Positions 8,285 to 18,415 are shown, counted from the first letter of the stretch. The stretch is 64,000 nucleotides of DNA from Spirochaetia bacterium (GCA_017535435.1 JAFXTY010000050.1:5211-69210); one strand, 5' to 3'. Notes: generated by a model from the letters alone, not told the origin. Numbers and translations: made by a program.

Positions 8285-9148
8285 ATGAAACAATATCTTG
8301 ATTTAGTGAAATATGTGCTTGAGAACGGCCAGCGGAAAGTGAACCGGACTGGAGTAGCCACCTTGAGCTGTTTTGGAGTGTTCTATAAGGTGAATCTGGC
8401 AGAGGGGTATCCTCTCCTTACCACCAAGAAAGTTTATTTCAAATCCATGCTCCAGGAGCTTTTCTGGTATCTTTCCGGGGAGGAGCATATCCGGAACCTC
8501 CGCCAGCATACCAAGATATGGGATGCCTGGGCAGACGAGGAGGGACATCTGGAGACAGCATACGGCCGGTTCTGGCGGCGGTTCCCGGTGCCGGAGCAGG
8601 GGCTCCCGGGGGAGAAATGGGCCACAAAGTGGGTTACCACCGACCCTGTTACAGGACAGAAGACCTTTGACCAGATCCAGTACATCATCGATTCACTTAA
8701 AGAGATCAAGAAGAACCCGGAGTCCCCGGCCCTGCGGAGGCTGGTGGTAAGCGCCTGGCATCCGGCAAATGCGGCGGAAAGCCTGCTGCCTCCATGCCAT
8801 TACAGCTTCTGCTTCAACGTGACAGGCGGCAAGCTGAACTGCCATCTTACCCAGCGTTCTGCAGACATTGCCCTGGGTGTTCCTTTCAACATCGCATGCT
8901 ACGCTCTCCTTACCATGATGCTGGCAAAAGAGACCGGATTTGAGGTGGGCGAGTTCGCCCATACCCTTATAGATGCCCATATCTATGAGAACCATATAGA
9001 CGGCCTTAAGGAGCAGCTGACCCGGACCCCAGGCAAACTTCCTACAGTTAAGATTGCGGACAAGCCGTTCAACGAGCTGACTCCGGACGATATCGAACTT
9101 ATCGGCTATGAGCCTCAGGGTTTTATTAAATTTGGAGTTGCGGTTTAA
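8285..9148 (+). CDS. thyA: thymidylate synthase
   Basis: 287 aa. ThyA signatures (MKQYLDL..., active-site region ...LPPCH.) and correct length. Confidence 0.9.
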   Translation: MKQYLDLVKYVLENGQRKVNRTGVATLSCFGVFYKVNLAEGYPLLTTKKVYFKSMLQELFWYLSGEEHIRNLRQHTKIWDAWADEEGHLETAYGRFWRRFPVPEQGLPGEKWATKWVTTDPVTGQKTFDQIQYIIDSLKEIKKNPESPALRRLVVSAWHPANAAESLLPPCHYSFCFNVTGGKLNCHLTQRSADIALGVPFNIACYALLTMMLAKETGFEVGEFAHTLIDAHIYENHIDGLKEQLTRTPGKLPTVKIADKPFNELTPDDIELIGYEPQGFIKFGVAV

Positions 9149-9151
9149 GCC

Positions 9152-9628
9152 ATGAAAGAGATAAATGTCATTGTGGCAATGACAAAGAGCCGTGTGATCG
9201 GCAAGGATGGCGCACTCCCCTGGCACCTGAGCGAGGACCTTAAGCTGTTCAAAGCCCATACCACCGGCAATATAGTGATCATGGGGCGCAAGACCTTTGA
9301 TTCCATCGGCAGGCCCCTGCCCAACCGGCGGAACATTGTGGTGTCCAAAAGCATCCGGGAGGACGAGAAGGTAAGCGGCGTGGAGTATTTCCCGGACCTG
9401 GATCATGCTGTTGCATCAGCCCAGGAGGGAGACGGCCGCATCTTCATCATCGGAGGGGCCAGCATATATCACCAGATGATAGAAAAGGCTGACCGGCTTT
9501 ATATTTCAATGGTGGATGGAGAATTTGAAGGGGACACTTATTTCCCCGAAATCAGGGATGATGTGTGGAAGGTGGTGGCCACCGAGCCTCACGCTGGATT
9601 TACACTGAAAATATACGAGAGAAAATAA
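9152..9628 (+). CDS. folA: dihydrofolate reductase
   Basis: 158 aa. INVIVAM...IGKDG.LPWHL and IMGRKTFDSIGRPLPNRRNIV motifs. 3 nt after thyA. Confidence 0.9.
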   Translation: MKEINVIVAMTKSRVIGKDGALPWHLSEDLKLFKAHTTGNIVIMGRKTFDSIGRPLPNRRNIVVSKSIREDEKVSGVEYFPDLDHAVASAQEGDGRIFIIGGASIYHQMIEKADRLYISMVDGEFEGDTYFPEIRDDVWKVVATEPHAGFTLKIYERK

Positions 9629-9642
9629 TTGGAGAGTTGACC

Positions 9643-9918
9643 ATGGACATGGACGAATTGAAGCTTGAGATCAAGAAGATCATTATTTCATCATTGGAGC
9701 TTGAGGATGTAAAGCCTGAGAACATTGTGGACTCGGAGCCTCTTTTCGGAGCAGGTCTGGGACTTGATTCCATAGATGCGCTGGAGCTGGGAATTGCCCT
9801 TAAGAAACGTTTCGGTATCTCATTCTCGGCAGAGAGCAGCGACAACAGAAAGCATTTTGCATCGGTGGATGCACTTGCAGCATATATTTCAGCTCAGAAA
9901 AATGGAGAGGCAAAATGA
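9643..9918 (+). CDS. acyl carrier protein, APE-cluster type
   Basis: Start moved to ATG 9643 with GGAGAG RBS. The ORF-track N-terminal extension overlaps folA. LGLDSIDALEL phosphopantetheine-attachment motif. Confidence 0.85.
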   Translation: MDMDELKLEIKKIIISSLELEDVKPENIVDSEPLFGAGLGLDSIDALELGIALKKRFGISFSAESSDNRKHFASVDALAAYISAQKNGEAK

Positions 9919-10163
9919 CAAAAGAGGAAATTTTCGACAAGCTTAAAGAAATCTTCATCAGCGAATTTGAGCTGGATGAGTCAAAGATAACCATGGATGC
10001 CCTGGTGTTTGAGGATCTGGATCTGGACAGCATCGATGCAGTGGACATCATTGTAAAGATGAAGCGGTTCCTCCCTGCCAAGATCAACCCTGATTCCTTC
10101 AGAAAGGTCCGCACTGTAGGGGATGTGGTTGATGTTCTGTACGAGGCATCAAAGGCAAAATAA
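9915..10163 (+). CDS. acyl carrier protein, second copy
   Basis: 82 aa. DLDLDSIDAVDI motif. 4-nt overlap with the preceding ACP gene. Confidence 0.85.
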   Translation: MTKEEIFDKLKEIFISEFELDESKITMDALVFEDLDLDSIDAVDIIVKMKRFLPAKINPDSFRKVRTVGDVVDVLYEASKAK

Positions 10164-12314
10164 GTGGCTTGGACCCATAAGCAGATAAAGGCTGCCGTCT
10201 GCATCGGGTTTCTGGTGTGCGGCGGTATTATTGCCATTATCACCCGCTCTGCAAGGATTCTGACTTTCTACCCGGCGCTGGTGAACCTGTTCTTTCTGGT
10301 GCTATTCGGGCATACTTTATTTGCAGGTCCCAGCATGGTATATCGGCTTGCTACCCTTAAGGACAAGAGCATTGCCATAAGCCCTTATAGAAAAAAGATT
10401 GCAGCATACTGCCGGAATGTGACTCTGGTATGGTGCTGTTTTTTTATTGTGAACGGCAGTATAGCCCTGATGTCTGTGTTTGGAGATTCCTACCGGTTCT
10501 GGGCATTATATAACGGATGTATAGCCTACATCCTCATGGGACTTTTATTTTCAGGGGAGTATATTGTGCGTAAAGTTGTGCAGAAGAATATGAAAGGGGA
10601 TTTTATCCCTCTGACCCAGGTTAAGCTGAATTCCAGGGATATGGATTCTATTGTCTGCTATGAGGGAAGATATACAGATGGTGTTTTCAAGAGGTGGAGG
10701 GATTTTGCAGAAGACTGCACCAAGATGCGCCATTTCCTCTTGTCCCAGAATGTGGATAAGTGGATTTTGAACTGCGAGGACTGCTACTATTTCTATGTCA
10801 CTTTTGCCTCCCTGCTGCAGTGCAGGAAAGAGATTCTCCTTACAGCCAACATCACTCCTGAATTCATAAAAGAGATCCGGCTTCCCGGCATCGGTTTCCT
10901 TACCGACCAGAAGGCTCCGGATTCCACCGATATTGCTGCCATCATTGAGCAGCCTTCAATGGGAACCGAGGAGTTTCCCCCTATTGTTGCCTCGGAAACC
11001 AAGATTCATATGTATACATCAGGCAGCACCGGCCACCCGAAGGCAGTGCTCCAGCGGATGAAAGAGTTTGAGCTGGACAATGCCTTCATCATGTCCAAAT
11101 GGGGTGATGATTTCTATAAGCGCATAGTGTGCTCCTGCGTGAACCAGCACCATATCTACGGGCTTCTGTTCTCTGTGGTGCTTCCTTTTGCTGCCGGCGT
11201 TCCATTCCGCAGGAACCGTATCACTGTTCCTGCGGAGTTCAAGAGCCTTACCGACACCTCATATATGATTATCGCTGTTCCCGCGTTCCTTAAGAGGACA
11301 GTGGAGGATGAGACAGAATCCTTCGGCCTTAAGAGCCCTGTCATCTTCACATCTGGTGGCGTGCTCACCCCTGACGTGGCTAAGAAGACAGACCAGATCA
11401 TGGGATTCTGGCCTATCGAGGTATATGGAAGCACCGAGACCTCCGGCATTGCATACCGCCAGTCCAAGAACGGCCTTGAGTGGACACCCTTCGACAACGC
11501 CGAGATTTCACAGAATGCCGATGGCTGCCTGATTATCCGCTCTCCATACATAAGCGATCCGGCCGGCTTTGAGACTGCTGACCTGGTGGAGATTTTCCCC
11601 GACGGCCGTTTCCTGCTCAAGGGGCGTTCCGATTCTATTGTAAAAATCGAAGAGAAGCGTATCTCTGTGACTGAGGTGGAGAACCGCCTTAACCAGAACC
11701 CATATGTGAAGGACAGCTGTGTTATCGCAATGGCAGACCGGAGGCAGTACCTGGCGGCAGCCGTTGTTCTATCCCCTGCCGGCGTGGAGAAGTTTGCCGG
11801 CGCTGATAAATTTGATATCAACCAGTACTTCAGAAATTATCTGGCAGGCTTCTTCGAGGCTGTGGTGCTGCCCCGGAAATGGCGTTATCTGGATGCAATC
11901 CCCCAGAATGCCATGGGCAAGCGGAAAAAGGATGATATAAAGGCTCTCTTTGAGAAGAAGATAGAGGATATCCACGGCATCTCCTTTGAAATAAAGGAGC
12001 AGGAGGAGAATAAGGTTGTTGTTGCCTTTGTCGCTCCAGAGAACTGTGACTTCTACGACGGCCATTTTCCGGAGAAGAAATTTCTGCCGGCCGTAGCCCA
12101 GTTCCACATTGCGGTCAAGGTGGCAGAGCAATACTTTAAAGTTGAGATTCCACTGGTGGAGACCAAGAGAATCAAGTTCTCCCATCCTATTCAGCCTGAT
12201 ACCCCTATGCTCCTGACTATAACTAATGATGGAGACAAGCTGCAGTTTACCTATAACGACGAGGCTGGAAGGGAGCATTCAAGAGGCACCTTCCTTGCAA
12301 AGGAGCGGCAGTGA
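10164..12314 (+). CDS. tri-domain fusion: 4-TM membrane domain, AMP-dependent adenylating ligase, and C-terminal FabA/FabZ-like hotdog dehydratase
   Basis: 716 aa with GTG start directly after the ACP stop. Residues 1-150 are hydrophobic helices. Adenylation cores are YTSGSTGHPKAV, YGSTETSG and GR.DS.VKI. The C-terminus FYDGHFPEKKFLPAVAQFHIAV resembles the FabZ HFPG..VMPGVL active-site region. Confidence 0.75.
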   Translation: MAWTHKQIKAAVCIGFLVCGGIIAIITRSARILTFYPALVNLFFLVLFGHTLFAGPSMVYRLATLKDKSIAISPYRKKIAAYCRNVTLVWCCFFIVNGSIALMSVFGDSYRFWALYNGCIAYILMGLLFSGEYIVRKVVQKNMKGDFIPLTQVKLNSRDMDSIVCYEGRYTDGVFKRWRDFAEDCTKMRHFLLSQNVDKWILNCEDCYYFYVTFASLLQCRKEILLTANITPEFIKEIRLPGIGFLTDQKAPDSTDIAAIIEQPSMGTEEFPPIVASETKIHMYTSGSTGHPKAVLQRMKEFELDNAFIMSKWGDDFYKRIVCSCVNQHHIYGLLFSVVLPFAAGVPFRRNRITVPAEFKSLTDTSYMIIAVPAFLKRTVEDETESFGLKSPVIFTSGGVLTPDVAKKTDQIMGFWPIEVYGSTETSGIAYRQSKNGLEWTPFDNAEISQNADGCLIIRSPYISDPAGFETADLVEIFPDGRFLLKGRSDSIVKIEEKRISVTEVENRLNQNPYVKDSCVIAMADRRQYLAAAVVLSPAGVEKFAGADKFDINQYFRNYLAGFFEAVVLPRKWRYLDAIPQNAMGKRKKDDIKALFEKKIEDIHGISFEIKEQEENKVVVAFVAPENCDFYDGHFPEKKFLPAVAQFHIAVKVAEQYFKVEIPLVETKRIKFSHPIQPDTPMLLTITNDGDKLQFTYNDEAGREHSRGTFLAKERQ

Positions 12315-13057
12315 GCGAGTTCGCACCAGGGGCTGTGATCCCGGTCTACAACCATGGCAGCACCGCAGAGCCCATAGTTGATTTCCTTGTCTCACACCGC
12401 ATCCCTGTTGTCCTGGTGGATGACGGCAGCTACCTCAAGAGCAAGGCTGCCCTGGCCAAGATAGAGAAAAAATACCCTGATGATGTGACCCTGCTTACCC
12501 TTCCCGAGAACCAGGGCAAAGGGGCTGCGGTGATGATCGGCATAGAGATGGCGGCAAACCTGGGCATGACCCATGTGCTTCAGATTGATGCAGACGGACA
12601 GCACGATATCAACAGGGTAATGCCTTTCTTTGAGCTTTCAAGGAAGCACCCGGAAGCCCTGATATGCGGTTACCCGGAATATGACGAGACGGTGCCTAAG
12701 AACCGGCTGACAGGGCGGAAGATCACCAATACCATGATAGCAATCGAGACTCTGGGCAGCGGCATACGGGACGGAATGTGCGGCTTCCGGGTCTATCCTG
12801 TGGAGTCCACTCTTAAAATACGTAAGAAGCTGGCGTTTCCCCGCATGGGCTTTGACATAGATATTCTGGTAAAGCTTTACTGGTCCGGTGTCCCTGTCAT
12901 AGACAGCCCTGTCAAAGTGACGTACCCGGAGGGTGGAACTTCCAATTTCCGCATGGTGCACGACAACATAGAAATAAGCATGGTTCATACCCGCCTTTTC
13001 TTCGGAATGCTGTTCAGGCTTCCCAAGCTGATTGCCCTGAGGAAGCTCAATGGCTGA
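12311..13057 (+). CDS. family 2 glycosyltransferase
   Basis: 248 aa. VVLVDDGS and DADGQHD (D.D.H) motifs of GT-A/GT2. Confidence 0.75.
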   Translation: MSEFAPGAVIPVYNHGSTAEPIVDFLVSHRIPVVLVDDGSYLKSKAALAKIEKKYPDDVTLLTLPENQGKGAAVMIGIEMAANLGMTHVLQIDADGQHDINRVMPFFELSRKHPEALICGYPEYDETVPKNRLTGRKITNTMIAIETLGSGIRDGMCGFRVYPVESTLKIRKKLAFPRMGFDIDILVKLYWSGVPVIDSPVKVTYPEGGTSNFRMVHDNIEISMVHTRLFFGMLFRLPKLIALRKLNG

Positions 13058-13994
13058 GAAAGAGCACTGGTCAAAGCAGCATGAGAAAGGAAAGCTCTGG
13101 ATGCGGAAATTCACACTGGCCTGCATCAGGATACTTCCTGGAATAGTTGTACGTATTCTTGCTATCCCGATAGGCTTTTTCTTCTGGCTCATCTCGGGGC
13201 CGGAGCGGAAGGCGATTATAAAATATCTTAAGAAAGTAAGGCCCGACAGAAAGCCCTATACGCTGCCCCTGTTCCTCGCCTTTTCCATCACTATCATAGA
13301 GAAGGTGGAGTCCTGGGCCGGCAAGATAAGGCTGGGCAAGATACATTTCCAAGATGATGATATAAATACAATCTGGAAGGAACTGGAGCAGGGCAAAGGA
13401 GCGCTTCTTGTCTGCTCTCACCTGGGCAACATGGAGATGCTCCGGGCTATTGCAGACTTCGGCGATATCGGGGTTTCCCGCAGGGTTCCTGTGATTTCCA
13501 TCGTGGACTTCAAGGTGACAGCTGGGTTCAACAAGATGATAGAAGATGCCAACAGCAGTTCTATGCACAACATAATCAGCGCCTATGACATTGGTCCTGA
13601 TACTATGCTTATGCTGCAGGAGCATGTTGCCAAGGGCGGCATAGTAGTTATAGCCGGTGACAGGAATACAGAGGGAAAACTGGACAGAAATTTTGACATC
13701 GATTTTCTGGGGTCTTCCGCCCATTTTCCTCAGGGGCCTTTTATCATTGCGTCCCTTCTGGAGTGTCCGACCTACTTTGTCTTTGCCGTCAGGCAGAAGC
13801 CTCTCTCTGTTTCGGCAGAATACAATATGCACATTCATAAGACAAGGGTGAAGTTTTCCGGCAGCAGGGCAGAGAAGAAGCAGCAGATACGGCAGATGGC
13901 CGAGGAATTTGTCTCCTATCTGGAGAAATATTGTAACAAATATCCCCTTCAGTGGTATAATTTTTATGAATACTGGGAAAAAGGTGAATTATGA
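13050..13994 (+). CDS. LpxL/HtrB-like lysophospholipid acyltransferase
   Basis: 314 aa. N-terminal TM segment and an acyltransferase-like core (LLVCSHLGNMEML). Position matches the LpxL-like acyltransferase of APE clusters. Confidence 0.6.
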   Translation: MAEKEHWSKQHEKGKLWMRKFTLACIRILPGIVVRILAIPIGFFFWLISGPERKAIIKYLKKVRPDRKPYTLPLFLAFSITIIEKVESWAGKIRLGKIHFQDDDINTIWKELEQGKGALLVCSHLGNMEMLRAIADFGDIGVSRRVPVISIVDFKVTAGFNKMIEDANSSSMHNIISAYDIGPDTMLMLQEHVAKGGIVVIAGDRNTEGKLDRNFDIDFLGSSAHFPQGPFIIASLLECPTYFVFAVRQKPLSVSAEYNMHIHKTRVKFSGSRAEKKQQIRQMAEEFVSYLEKYCNKYPLQWYNFYEYWEKGEL

Positions 13995-14401
13995 GTATTG
14001 AAACATCAGTTGAGTTTAAAGTGGAATTTTATGACGTGGATGCCATGGGAGTGGTATGGCACGGCAACTATGTGAAATACATGGAGCTGGGGCGGTGTGC
14101 CCTTCTTGATAAGATAGGCTATGGCTACAACGAGATGAAGGAGAGCAATTATGCTTTTCCGGTAGCCTCCCTCAAGCTTAAGTATATAAAGCCGCTGATG
14201 TTCAAGCAGACTGCAGTCATAAAGGCAGTTCTTACCGAATATGAGAACCGGATCAAGATAGAGTATTTCATCTATGATAAAGAATCGGGAGAACTGGTCA
14301 CCAAGGGAGAGAGCATCCAGATGGCTCTGAATATGAAGACCCTGACAACCTCTTTCCAATGCCCGGAATGCTTTATCAAGAAGGTTGAAGCTCTGTTATG
14401 A
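13991..14401 (+). CDS. 4HBT/YbgC-family acyl-CoA/ACP thioesterase (hotdog)
   Basis: 136 aa. FKVEFYDVDAMGVVWHGNYVKYME is the 4HBT active-site region. Confidence 0.75.
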   Translation: MSIETSVEFKVEFYDVDAMGVVWHGNYVKYMELGRCALLDKIGYGYNEMKESNYAFPVASLKLKYIKPLMFKQTAVIKAVLTEYENRIKIEYFIYDKESGELVTKGESIQMALNMKTLTTSFQCPECFIKKVEALL

Positions 14402-15000
14402 GAAAAATTCTGTTATTCCTTATTCTGTTTCTCGCTTTCACAAGCCTGCTGGCCGCTGATCAGCTGGAGGAGGTCTATTCCAGGATCTCGAGCCATCCGG
14501 TGACCAAGGGAGAACTCACCCAGGAGCAGTATATCAAGATGGCAAACCGCAGTCTCATTTCCAAAGGGACTTTTGTCATGGCTTCCGATAATGGAGTCAT
14601 CTTTGAGATCATCGATCCTTTCCCATCCTCTTTGGTTGTGACCCCGGAGAAGATGGTGCAGACCCTGCCCGGCGATGTGGTTTCTGTCATGGACGGTAAA
14701 GATAATGCCATGTTCAGCAATATTGCAAAGATAATCCATTCTGTCTTTGCAAATGATGTGCAGGTGCTCAAGGACAACTTCCAGGTCTCTGTGACCGGGG
14801 GGCCCAAGGATGTGGTCACACTGATTCCAAAGGATCCTCTTCTATCCATGCTTTTTCAGAAAATCACTCTGGCCGTGGGTGATTCCATAGATTCTGTCTC
14901 TATAATCGAGACAGGTGGCAACTGGGTGAACTATACTTTTTTCAATAAAACTTTTCCGGAGAAGCTGACTGAAGATGAAAGGCAGCGGCTGGCCAATTAG
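14398..15000 (+). CDS. LolA-like outer-membrane lipoprotein carrier family protein
   Basis: 200 aa with signal peptide. Size and position (between the thioesterase and the MMPL exporter) match the LolA-like component of APE clusters. Sequence similarity judged only by eye. Confidence 0.5.
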   Translation: MRKILLFLILFLAFTSLLAADQLEEVYSRISSHPVTKGELTQEQYIKMANRSLISKGTFVMASDNGVIFEIIDPFPSSLVVTPEKMVQTLPGDVVSVMDGKDNAMFSNIAKIIHSVFANDVQVLKDNFQVSVTGGPKDVVTLIPKDPLLSMLFQKITLAVGDSIDSVSIIETGGNWVNYTFFNKTFPEKLTEDERQRLAN

Positions 15001-17200
15001 GCGGATCCTTTTCCTCTGTGGGGTGGCTGCAGCCTTTATTGCCGCTCTGTGCCGGGGGATAAACCTGGATACCAGCTTTTTCTCTATCTTCCCGGAGTAC
15101 AGCTCATTGTCGGAGGTAGAGAAAAAAATATCCCAGAACACATCCTCATCTGTCTATATCTTTGCAGAAAGCTCTGATTTTGATACCGCAAAGAGGGGAG
15201 CCGAAGCTTTCTATGATGCATTTATAGACTCCGATATTTTCAGAAGTCTGGTGATGTATCAGGATGCAGATTCCTTCGATGAGGTAAAGACTTTTCTCTT
15301 TGAACACAGATATCAGCTTATTGATGATGATACCCTTGCCCTTCTGGATGCGGGAAAGGCAGATGCTGTTGCAAAGGGAGCCCTTTCCCAGGTTTACAGT
15401 CCCTTCTCCTTTGCCGATTTAAGCCATCTGGATAAAGACCCGTTCCTTCTGACAGAAAAAAATATGAAAAAGTATGCATCTCTGGGAGCGGGCAATATGT
15501 TCATGAAGGAGGGATGCCTTGCGGCCAAGTCTGCAGGAAAGTGGTATGTGATGATAAGGGGTACAGTGACCGATTCTTCCCTCTCCTTCTCCAAAAAAAA
15601 TGGAATAGGAAAAGTATATGAGCAGATAAAAATCCTGGAGCAGGAAAATCCGGAGATTGCCTATATCTGTTCGGGCGTTCCTTTCCATAGCTATGAGAGT
15701 TCTTCCAAGGCCATGAAGGAGATTTCTTGGATAACAGGAATATCCCTGACGCTGGTAGCTCTTATTATTTTTGTTGCATTCCGTTCTTTGGTCCCCATGC
15801 TTATTTCTCTGGCCAATATTACAGTATCGCTGATGTTCGGCCTGGCTGTGGCTCTGATTTTCTATGGTAAAATAAATGCCCTTGCACTGGTTTTCGGAAC
15901 CACCCTTATAGGAGTCAGCATCGACTATTCTATACACTGGTTTGTAAACCGGGAGAGATTATTCCGAAGCCTTGCAGTGAACTGCCTTTCTACCGAGGTG
16001 AGCTGGTGCCTGCTGATGCTGGCTCCATTCCCGCTTCTGCGGCAGATTGCTCTGTTCTCGGCAGCAGGCCTCCTGTGCTCCTATCTGACAGTGCGGCTTA
16101 TTTATCCCCTGTGTCCTGCTGCAGAGGGCTGTTCTGCCGAGGCTGGAGATAAAGCAGGACAGGGGTCTGGGGGACACCTTGCCCGGACTGCCGGGATACT
16201 GGTTATAGCTCTCTGTCTTATAGCCTCTGCTGCCTCAGGCATAAGAATAAAAAACAATATCAGGGGAATGTATACAATGTCGGATCACCTGCTGGAGTGG
16301 GAAAAGAAGGCTTCCGGCATACTTGGCCTGGGCAGCAGCGGTCAGTACTTTATCGTAGCCGGCCGTGGCCCTCAGGAACTGCTGGGCCGGGAGGAGCAGC
16401 TGACAGCCGCCTTGGAAAAGGAGAAGAAGGCTGGCGCCCTGGGTGGCTATGCCGCCATCACCAACTATGTCCCTTCCATGGCGCGCCAGGCCAGGAGCTA
16501 CCAGGCGGCTTCCCTGCTTCTCCAGCGCTCCCAGGCGCAGCTGAAAGCTCTTGGTTTCGGGAGCGCTGCGGCCGCTCCGTTTGAGCTTGATTACAGGAAC
16601 AGCGCGGGCAAGGTGGTGTCCTTGAATACAACTCCCTCCTTCCTGCAGGAGAGCATCGACACCCTCTACCTGGGAAAAGTCGGTGACACATATTACTCCG
16701 TGGTGTTCCCTCTGCAGGTCAAGGACAGCGAAGCCCTTAAAAGCCTTGCCGACGGAAATCATATTTTCTTCATGTCTAAAATCAAGGATATAGAACAAGA
16801 GCTGGATCACCTTACCAAGATAGCTTTATGCTTTATTCTGGCCTCTTATCTGCTGGTGTTCCCGCTCCTGTTTGTTGTATATAAGAAAAAGGCCCTGGGG
16901 ATTGCACTGGTTCCTGTAGCTGTGATTCTTGGTTCCCTTGCCTTTGTATCCTCCACCGGAGGAGTGGACCTCTTTGCCTGTTCAGGCATCGTCCTTATAT
17001 TCGGCCTTGGTCTGGATTATCTTGTATATGGTCTTGAGAAAAAGTCTGGAAAAGCCACACTCCTTTCCTTCATCACCACAGAGCTTTCCTTCGGCGCTTT
17101 GGCATTAAGCAGCTTTGTCCCTGCCCATGTGTTCGGTCTTACTGTCTGTGCGGGATTGGCTTTAGCTTATCTTCTCTCCTGCTTGATTAACCGCAGTTAA
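14975..17200 (+). CDS. MMPL/RND-superfamily exporter
   Basis: 741 aa. Two 6-TM bundles, each preceded by a periplasmic loop. GxS.DYS.H-type motif (GVSIDYSIHW) typical of MMPL/SSD proteins. Confidence 0.8.
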   Translation: MKGSGWPIRRILFLCGVAAAFIAALCRGINLDTSFFSIFPEYSSLSEVEKKISQNTSSSVYIFAESSDFDTAKRGAEAFYDAFIDSDIFRSLVMYQDADSFDEVKTFLFEHRYQLIDDDTLALLDAGKADAVAKGALSQVYSPFSFADLSHLDKDPFLLTEKNMKKYASLGAGNMFMKEGCLAAKSAGKWYVMIRGTVTDSSLSFSKKNGIGKVYEQIKILEQENPEIAYICSGVPFHSYESSSKAMKEISWITGISLTLVALIIFVAFRSLVPMLISLANITVSLMFGLAVALIFYGKINALALVFGTTLIGVSIDYSIHWFVNRERLFRSLAVNCLSTEVSWCLLMLAPFPLLRQIALFSAAGLLCSYLTVRLIYPLCPAAEGCSAEAGDKAGQGSGGHLARTAGILVIALCLIASAASGIRIKNNIRGMYTMSDHLLEWEKKASGILGLGSSGQYFIVAGRGPQELLGREEQLTAALEKEKKAGALGGYAAITNYVPSMARQARSYQAASLLLQRSQAQLKALGFGSAAAAPFELDYRNSAGKVVSLNTTPSFLQESIDTLYLGKVGDTYYSVVFPLQVKDSEALKSLADGNHIFFMSKIKDIEQELDHLTKIALCFILASYLLVFPLLFVVYKKKALGIALVPVAVILGSLAFVSSTGGVDLFACSGIVLIFGLGLDYLVYGLEKKSGKATLLSFITTELSFGALALSSFVPAHVFGLTVCAGLALAYLLSCLINRS

Positions 17201-17782
17201 GGTGAAATCGGGGAGATCATTGTATTTCTTGATGATCAGGTTATCTCTGTCTGTCTTACGTTCAAAGGCTGTGGCCATAACATAGCCGCCCCCCTCATAC
17301 ATCGAGTAGAAAAGGCTGCTCTGGCAGAGAATTCTACTTCCGCTTATGGAGAAGGAGGGGGTCTCCCTTACTGCTCCGACAGTGGTTCCCAGCAGCTTTA
17401 TATGAGCCTCCTTGAGCACCCACAGCATCATAAAACGTCTCTGTTTCTCTTGGGGATTTCCAGCCTCTTCCAAGAAGGCTTTCTCCTCTGGATGAAAAAA
17501 CTTCTCCGCTATGGCAATGGAAACTTTTCTGTCAGAGCGCTCGATATCGCATCCTGTCTTTCCTTCTGACATTGTACAGATCACCAGATTCTTGGCATGG
17601 GAGATGTTGAAATCCACATTGCAATCGGTATACTCCGGCCTCCCTGCCTGGGTTATGTGCCGTTCCGGGTGGCTGCCTATCAGCTCTTCTTCCATAAGGG
17701 AAAGGAGCTCAAGCCCTTTTGTGTGCTGCTCCTTATAAATGTGAGATTCTGATGATAAAATGCCCAGTCTGCTTTCCATCAA
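17162..17782 (-). CDS. Sfp-type 4'-phosphopantetheinyl transferase
   Basis: 206 aa. FNISHA, GCDIE and WVLKEAHIKLLG motifs (PPTase motifs 1-3). Antisense to the cluster. Its 3' end overlaps the MMPL gene end by 39 nt. Confidence 0.7.
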   Translation of the reverse strand: MMESRLGILSSESHIYKEQHTKGLELLSLMEEELIGSHPERHITQAGRPEYTDCNVDFNISHAKNLVICTMSEGKTGCDIERSDRKVSIAIAEKFFHPEEKAFLEEAGNPQEKQRRFMMLWVLKEAHIKLLGTTVGAVRETPSFSISGSRILCQSSLFYSMYEGGGYVMATAFERKTDRDNLIIKKYNDLPDFTLTAVNQAGEKIS

Positions 17783-17842
17783 TGCAAGTATATAGCTTTT
17801 TTTACTGGAAAGGAAGTCAATTAACTGTTATTATATAATATT

Positions 17843-18415
17843 ATGAAGGTTGCTCTTAAGCTTCTGACCGTTCTAATGATCTCCATCCTCCTCTTCTCCT
17901 GTGTCACCAGACGGGAGAATGATGCCAGATATTCGGTATATGTTACAAACGAGGCAAAATTCGAGCTTCTGCCCCCTTCAGCCTTCCAGGAGAACATGGA
18001 CCGGTTCCAGAACATAACCGGCTATTTCCAGAATAAAGTGCACATCTTCGGAGCCTATATCAAGAGCGATGACGAGAGGGTGGCAATCACCTTCTTCAAC
18101 CAGATGGGAGGTAGCGTGGGAGATCTGCTTTACACAGGGGATTCCCTTCAGGCCGATTCACATTTCACCCCTCCTGGGGCAAAATTTGAATATATGATGG
18201 CAGACTTCCAGTTCTGCTACTGCAAAAAGGAACTCCTTGCCGAAAGCCTTGAGGCTGTGGGACTCCGTTTCGGGTGCACTGAGCAGGATGGAAAGGAGAT
18301 CCGGCAGATATGGGATAAGGACCAGCTGGTAATCCAGGTGGAAAAAGAGAAAAACCATACCAGTCTCCAGAATTTCCTGCGGCAGTACAGATACGATATC
18401 CAGGAGGGAACCTGA
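17843..18415 (+). CDS. putative lipoprotein
   Basis: 190 aa. Lipobox LLFSC. Sits where APE clusters carry a small lipoprotein. Confidence 0.5.
   Translation: MKVALKLLTVLMISILLFSCVTRRENDARYSVYVTNEAKFELLPPSAFQENMDRFQNITGYFQNKVHIFGAYIKSDDERVAITFFNQMGGSVGDLLYTGDSLQADSHFTPPGAKFEYMMADFQFCYCKKELLAESLEAVGLRFGCTEQDGKEIRQIWDKDQLVIQVEKEKNHTSLQNFLRQYRYDIQEGT

Noticed and set aside
9565-9642. N-terminal extension of the first ACP ORF (MEGGGHRASRW...)
   Set aside because: It overlaps the folA C-terminus in another frame. ATG 9643 has a proper RBS and gives a canonical ACP of about 90 aa.
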